DNA of 64,000 nt from contig OY986948.1 of assembly GCA_963920595.1 (NCBI GenBank), positions 186,001 through 250,000 on the forward strand, written 5' to 3'. This stretch comes from Eimeria praecox. Taxonomy: Eukaryota. A model generated the notes under the pieces. It was not told where the DNA came from, did not search any database, and was given only the letters and a program-made list of their open reading frames with translations. This document shows, piece by piece, positions 57,321-64,000 of the stretch. A program made the position numbers and the translations under genes. Position 1 is the first letter of the stretch. The number at the start of each line of letters is the position of its first letter.

Positions 57321-57687
57321 GTGAGACGCAACCAACTGCATTCAAAACTCCCCTCCGTCATCCCCAATTACTTGTTTAGGCTGCTTAGTTCCTATATCGG
57401 CGGCCCATATGGGCTGCTGCCCCACGCATCGCTCTTGTGGGAAGGGGATACTCAGTACGCAGAAAAGTGACGCATAAATCAATATCCCTTTTGTTGTTTT
57501 GCGCCCGTACCATGCAAACTTGGTTCGCGACCATCCCAGTTGCATGTGGCTTGCATCGATGCATCATGTGAAAGCCGTTGCATGGGTCTGGACGCTTTCC
57601 AAATGACACACCGTGCTGCAGGTATGCATGCATGCACACGTCTATCAAACAGCAATCGAAAGAGCAATGCAGAAACAAAACTCAATA

Positions 57688-60600
57688 TTAAGCCTCGTGC
57701 TGCTTTAAATTTGAAACTTTCCACCCTCTCGCCAGCACCCGCAAGTGCTCCTCGGACTCATCCACCTCTTGAGTAGCTTCTTCAGCCTTCTCCTAAAGCG
57801 AAAGACAGCACAGGCCACACTCAGTTAGCATATGAGCATCTGCGTAGATATTACATATGTATCTACGCAAATCAAATGCACAGCCTACGCCGCACGGAGA
57901 TGCGACGGGCTACTGACGCATTTGACCTCCCTCGGAACCTAGAGACGAATTAGGAAGTAAGAAATTTTAAGGAAGGCGAAGGATTTTACAGAAAAGTGCC
58001 TTCGTTGGTGGATATCCCGCATAGCCCTTGGCTAGGTCGTCCGCTGCGGCAAACGCAGATGTTAAGCTGCGGATGTTTTGTGTACTATTTTGCTGCATTA
58101 GCGTGCATACCTTGCTGGCGCCGAGAAGCGCTGTAGTAAATGCTTGTAAGGCTTCACGGTGCCTCTCTAGGGCTTTCTTGAAGGCGACAAAAGATGAACT
58201 GGCCTCCGGTACAGTGTCTAAAAAGGCAAGAAGATCAGCCTCATGCTGACGCAAGCTTCCCATATAGCGCTCCTCCTGCTCTTGCGTCCTCTTCTGCTTC
58301 ATGCCAGTCTGTGAATTCTCCGATCTAGCAGCAGCCACGGAATCCATATACGCACCTACGCAGGAGCAAACCGTTTGTACACAGCATTATAGCAAAACAT
58401 TGTTGCACTTTCCTCGGCAATTTCCACAATGCGGAGATGTAGCGACTTCACATAGCCGCTGCACAACACAGCTTGGCAATTCATTCTGCGCTTACGCCCT
58501 TCACAAATGGCTGCCTCAGTTCTGCGCCACAGCTCCTTCTTCACTTCCCGCAATTCGTCATGAAGTGGTGTAGCTGTTGTCTCGTCTTCCGTAGTGGAGA
58601 ATCTGAGGAAAAATGGAGCAAAGCAGGGGAGGCGCATGCCGAATAAAGAACGCACTTACCGATTCCGGACTAACTGAACTGCACAAATCTGTTAAAAAGA
58701 GGTTCTAGCCCACACCAGCTTCTGGGTGTGCTGGAGCACAAGCGTGATGCTAAGGAGCCGACATCCCTCACCTCAACTTCCACTGGTAGAGACCAGCGGC
58801 TACAGCGATGATAAATAAAACGAGAACCAAAATGAAGGCCTTCTTTAGGTATTCCAAATCCACAGAGTACGGGTAGTCGAAAGTCACAGCCAAAAAGCGC
58901 CCCTTGTGCTGAGTTGGAATAGGAGAAGCAGAGTGCCACTTCAGCCGCAAGGCCGGCCTTGATGTCACAACGTCGAGCCACCACTTGACGGTCGTCTCTT
59001 CCACAGAATCAAAGTCGACTGGGGAGGAGTACCGTGCATTAATAGCACCTGAAAAAAGCACGTCAGCCAGAATCACAACCGCCACCAACAAAACTGTGGG
59101 GTCAACACCTATAAGATGGTATATAGTGCAGCAGAAGAGGACCAACATCCCGTAAACAGAGCAACAGTCTTGAGAATCCGTACCTGTTGGTAGGGCAACG
59201 GTGAGAGAGATATGCTCAGCATACAAATCCACGAAAGGCGGCTCTAGTGGAATGTTCAGGGAGATACTGCTGCCTTTGCTCCCGTCTTGTACCACCAGAG
59301 AGCTAACTGGCATCTCATACGACACCTTTAAATCAAAATTCCAACCCCCAAGGACTGGAAATCTAGGCCACACCTGCACAGCGCAGCAGGTAAGAAAGCA
59401 TTTTTATCACCTCATAATCTTACTTCTAGGTTTTCAGCATTTCTGTACCAACGAGAGAACTGCATTCCCTCTGTTCCAGCTGCTCCTGAGTATCGAGAGG
59501 GGAGAATGCTTAAGGCATTGCACGTTTGCGGTGTAGCTTATAATTCACACTTTTTTCGAGGACGCTGCTGGCGTAAGGGTGGCACACGCATTAGGGTTTT
59601 ACAGAGTTAGCGGGAAATCAATTCAGAATGCAGATTTATCTCATGCATGCAAAGCCCGATTCGACCAACTGTGGCAGCTCTTGCAACGGCTACAGTTGAT
59701 CACCTCCAGGTGCGTGGAAAGAGGAGCTTCCTTAGGTCCGTCGCGGGCTGCAAAAGTGCTGGTCAAGTTCCCCGCTGAGTCCCCCACATCTAGATTGAAG
59801 ACATCCGGCGGCAGTGTTGCATGCACATCAAACAACACATGCGTTGGCACGCGCTTGCTTCGCGGGACATCCTTGCTCTTCGCGGCAAGCCGGGAAATGC
59901 CTGGTGGCAGTCCTTGCAGCAGCGCTAGGGTGACAGGGTTGAATGCGCCCTGAAGCAGCCCACACACAGCCTCAAACGAAGCGAGCAAGTGGTTTACACT
60001 AGACGTTTCAATCTCAATGCTAGTTGGCACTGAAGGCTCCAACACCACAACGGATACGGAAAGAGTGGGAAATACGCGCGTAGAGTCACTGCCGAGCATA
60101 ACTATGGAGTGTTGCGTTTGTCCCTTGCCAAGCGCACTCCATTTTCTTGGATGGCTGTTTACAGCCTTCCGGTTGGTTTTGGGGGATGGTGGTGGGGCAA
60201 ATACCGCTTGTTGGCCTACCTCGAGCAGTGCAGCATCGTTGTGGATTTTGTAGAAATCTTTGCAGGTCGCGGAGCCGCTCAGAGGAACAACCAGAAGTCG
60301 CTCTATCGTTAAGACATAACCGAGATGCTGAGGTAAGGGAAATATGACGGCAAATGGCTGCGTAACCTCCAGGGGATGGAGTGGATCGGTAGACTCCCAC
60401 TTCCACACCTCTCCCTGAAGCTTGCGGAATGACTTCTGAGGACACAAGGACAGCACCAGCAACCGAAAGCACGACCGATGCAGCACTTTTAGCATACCCA
60501 AAGGATATGAAAAGGAGAAGAAACGCAACCTTTCACCTCCTTCAGCTGGCTTGCATTCCAAGAGACCCAATGCCAGCTGAGCGCTGTACGCACTACTGAG

Positions 60601-62433
60601 GCATCACCCAAAATACCTTACTGCCCAGCAAAGGCGAGCAATTCAGGCCATCAAGCCCCGACTTTGGCAAAGCCTGCTGGGTTCCGTTCACTCCAGTTCG
60701 AGGAGCCCGCATGCTGTGCATCGTTGCCTCACCGCCCGCATGTGTCGCTCGCCAGCCTCTCCAAGAGTTGTTTGGGGTGGAAGCTGTAGGGACACAGCGC
60801 TCCGCAGCGTCTTGTAGGGCAGCGGCCAGTTGGAGGAGGTCGCAAACACCACAGACTGAATGGACTCAAGGTCTACAGAACGAGGCAAAGGACGGTACGG
60901 ACGACCTGCAACGGTAGCAGCAGAGAGATGTCTAAGAACTTGGAATGGGAAGCAAGCTAAAGGACAGAGGCAAATATTTAGCGCTTTTGCACAAACCAAA
61001 AATGAGCACACGTCATCAGACCTAAATAGCACATTACCAACACCACTGGAGAACAAAGGGTACTGGCAGGAGTACATGTGAACTGCCGTCAACGAGTTGA
61101 GCAAACAGGAGCAGGATACGAATATGACTGCACATCAAGGCCCCACATGCCATTTACATTGTGTAGGTCTCCTTATACGTGGCTCTGGCCTTTTCTCTAA
61201 CTGAAAATCAGTGTTGATACACAGGGATCTGCACTCTGGTTAATGCGTGACGAACCGAGAGCGTAAGACACAGTTAGTCTTGTAGATTTAGAGGCTTGCA
61301 GAGGCTCTTTCAGATGCAAGCGAAATAGATGAGGCCAGCAGCGAGAGACGAAGGCGTCGCCTTGTCCCTCGGTCGCCCTTTTGAGATGGCGTTCTGTTTG
61401 TTCTAAGAGCAGCGGCCTCAGCCCCCAGTCTTCCCAGCGGAGAGTAGAGATGCTTGGAAGGGGAGGGAGCAGCGACTGGACTGTCAGGTTCTTTCCATCC
61501 TTAGTGGTTGCAGCTATCCATCCAAGCTGAACAAAAGCCGGTAAAAGCATGCAACATGTCAGAGCCATTGTCCGCTGTTGCCGCCGACGGGCCGAGGAAT
61601 GGTACCAAACGATAGTTTACCTAAACAGGGCTTCGAGAAATCTTAGTCACACCTGTGTAGCCTCAGAATAGGGCAACAAAATGAGGAGGGCAGAAACAGG
61701 GGATGCCCCCCGATTAGTGATTTTGAGTTTCACTGTTATTTCCGCTTGTTGGCCGAACTTGATGAATCGATCAGCCTAAGAAAACGCAAGACAATCGCAA
61801 GCACAATAACAGATCGGGCCTCCGTTTCCCAAAACATTTGTATTCAGCATAAGCGATGTGCATAGGTCAACAGAAAGACGCAGGCGCGGCAGCTTCTGCG
61901 GCATGCCGGCTGCAGAGCGGCAGCAATGCAAGCGCGACTTGGCAGGGAAATTGAATATGCATCGCCTTTTCGCACTCTACCTCATCGACAACTATGCCAG
62001 ATTGCGTGGCCTTTAGCAGGGCCTCCACTGATGCATCCTGCAGAAGATTGCGATTTGCTGAGGGCTGCAATTGCTGCAGCGCGACCAGCAGTTGCCGCTG
62101 CTGTGCAAGATGATTGAAAGAACAGGCGGTGGCGTCAAATGGACGGGGAAGTGGAAGAGACGCATCTGCTGTGCCAGGAATCTCATTCTCATCGAAAGAA
62201 TACTCCCCAGACACAGGTAGACCCCTCGTCAACAGCATGAGCAGCAGCAGGAACAGCGATAGCCCCTTATGGAAGTCGAGAACATGAAGGCAAAGCTTCC
62301 GTATTGCCCCAGTAGCGGCATTTGGGGGAGTGCCAGAGGCGTCGTTTGACACGCTTTCTGATGGATCACACTGGCACCCCATGGGCATGCGATCTACCCG
62401 ACTCGCCAGCATTGTCAGATGGCAACACCCCAT
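57688..62433 (-). CDS. RPN1: Ribophorin I / OST1, oligosaccharyltransferase subunit, multi-exon
   Basis: N-terminal hydrophobic segment GLSLFLLLLMLLTRG, DVGDSAGNLTST, WPRFPVLGGWNFDLKVSY (family PR(F/Y)P.GGW motif), KWWLDVVTSRP, TM AFILVLVLFIIAVAAGLY, then in-phase cytosolic tail exons to a stop at 57688. Start codon choice uncertain. Confidence 0.88.
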
Positions 62434-63518
62434 GCACTGCAGCTACTCTTCGTGCCACAATGTTCCCCTCTGTCCTAGGGCACTGAGCCACTGTCCTATA
62501 TACACAGGGGCACGTGCCTCAAAAAATGTTCAGTCTTAGCCCTGGAGGCAGGACGGTGACATGCGGAGATAACGGGAGGTAAGAATCGAAGTGGGGGGAG
62601 ACAGTGAGGAGCAGAGTCCCATGCAGGCCTCTGCAAGCAGCTGAGGCTTCTATCACACAAATAAGAAATGAGTTGAATGCACACTGCAAGAGCGAGTCGC
62701 GAGATCACAGGATGCGGCTGAGCGGGGGAGAGCCGACGTCCCTCTGCTGTCGTAGACCCCAGGCAGCTTGAAAACCCCGTTCTACGCATCTAGCCATGCA
62801 TTAATGATACATAGGAAGCACCATGGAAAAGAACACAACGCTGAAATAATCTACACATCAGATCTAGTTCGGCCGCCAGCAAACAGTGCCGACCACAGGT
62901 CCCGATCCACTGAGACGACCGATAGCAACAGTTTCGGTAATGTGGCGGGATCTCGGTACACCCAGCATATCCTACTATCCAGGGCGCACACGCCCCCTCT
63001 TTTAAACTATAGAGAACGGGAATACTTGCATTTGATGAAAAGAGAGTTTGTCCGGAGCAACTTGGGGCTAATGGAGCCGGCGGGGCCCCGCAGCCGTTGG
63101 TGGGAGTCGAAGCCGGGGGGCCCTTTGCCTTCAGCGTGGTGGCTTCTGTCCTCTCATATTCATTGTTTCCAAATACTCACCTAGATGAAATTTAATAGAG
63201 AACCAGATTACACTCTTACGATTTGGTTCCCTTAACTTCCGTCCAGTGAAACCCGCTGAATAGAAAGTCAAAAACGCCATCTGGAATTGTTCGCGCTGGC
63301 GACGGGCTTGTGCTGTTTTCTGGAGCAATGCTCTAGAAACGAACAGAATTGAAATTGAAAAAGCAAGATCCATGATGCCAGGTGCTCGTGACGCAGTCAC
63401 CTTGTTCTCTCTCCCGAAGTGACGTCTTCGGCAGGAGACGCTTCCCCGGCCTCTCTCCGTGAGCTTGGAAATCCGTGCTCTTTTGCTTGTAATAAGGATC
63501 AAGCGAAGGCGGGGAACC

Positions 63519-63969
63519 ATGGATTCTTCTGGAGCAGCCCACTGTTTTCTGTCACCCTCAATTCGGGTGCTCCATGATGTCGGTGGAGGGAGAGCAGCAG
63601 GAGTTGTTGCGACAAAATTCATAAAGGCGGGTACGCTACTAGTTCAACAGCGTGCTCCGCTTGTCTGGTCTGCTCGCATTGCCCCAGATTGCCCATGGGG
63701 TTCTGGGGGATCAGTTTCAGCGGGGCCAATGTCCAAAGCATGTACCTCCAAAGAATTGAGCACTGGCAGCAGCAATAGCTGCGCAGTCACTGCCTGCGAT
63801 GGATGTCTTTGCCCCTATGATCACAACAGCAACATTTATCCAGCAGCAGCAGGGGGAACGGGGGCCTTGGCCAAGCGGTGCAGCGCGTGTAAGGTAGTCT
63901 CCTACTGCAGTACAGATTGCCAGCGATCAGCATGGAGCCGGCACAAAAAAGAATGCGCTCTCTTCAATC
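63519..63969 (+). CDS. First exon of a SET and MYND domain (SMYD-type) lysine methyltransferase; gene continues beyond the window
   Basis: MDSSG...GGGRAAGVVATKFIKAGTLLVQQ (split-SET N-terminal segment), then CDGC...KRCSACKVVSYCSTDCQRSAWSRHKKEC (MYND finger); donor GTAAGT at 63970. Confidence 0.85.
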
Positions 63970-64000
63970 GTAAGTTCAGGGGGATTGAGCTATTCATTAT

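Noticed and set aside
38140..57400. LTR/chromovirus or other transposon
   Set aside because: No RT, integrase or gag motifs, long terminal repeats or terminal inverted repeats were seen; a profile search would be needed to exclude decayed copies.

Overview
Eukaryotic, intron-rich DNA with the hallmarks of a coccidian apicomplexan, almost certainly Eimeria (inferred from CAG/CTG tracts, interstitial AAACCCT heptamers, TGCATGCA octamers and GT-AG introns; species not determinable). The window crosses from a repeat-rich, very AT-rich segment (1 to ~34 kb) through a (TA)n-only zone (~34-47.3 kb) into a repeat-free, GC-balanced segment. Most ORF-track entries are microsatellite read-throughs. Gene models assembled by hand from splice sites and codon phase: 5'-truncated CstF-64/Rna15 (+), alpha-tubulin (-), 13-exon NSUN2/Trm4-type m5C methyltransferase (-), short Tom22 (+), an unrecognised multi-exon gene (-), Nas2/PSMD9 (-), intron-containing tRNA-Tyr(GTA) (+), Bfr1-like coiled-coil protein (-), ribophorin I/OST1 (-) and the first exon of a SET-MYND (SMYD-type) protein (+). 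The most interesting unexplained patterns concern splicing. Telomere-like repeats are polarised inside introns (C-rich strand on the donor side, G-rich strand on the acceptor side). Exon ends plus donor sites are repeatedly duplicated into introns (14 copies in one intron). There is a chain of candidate 12-29 nt micro-exons. All of these are unverified without RNA-seq.
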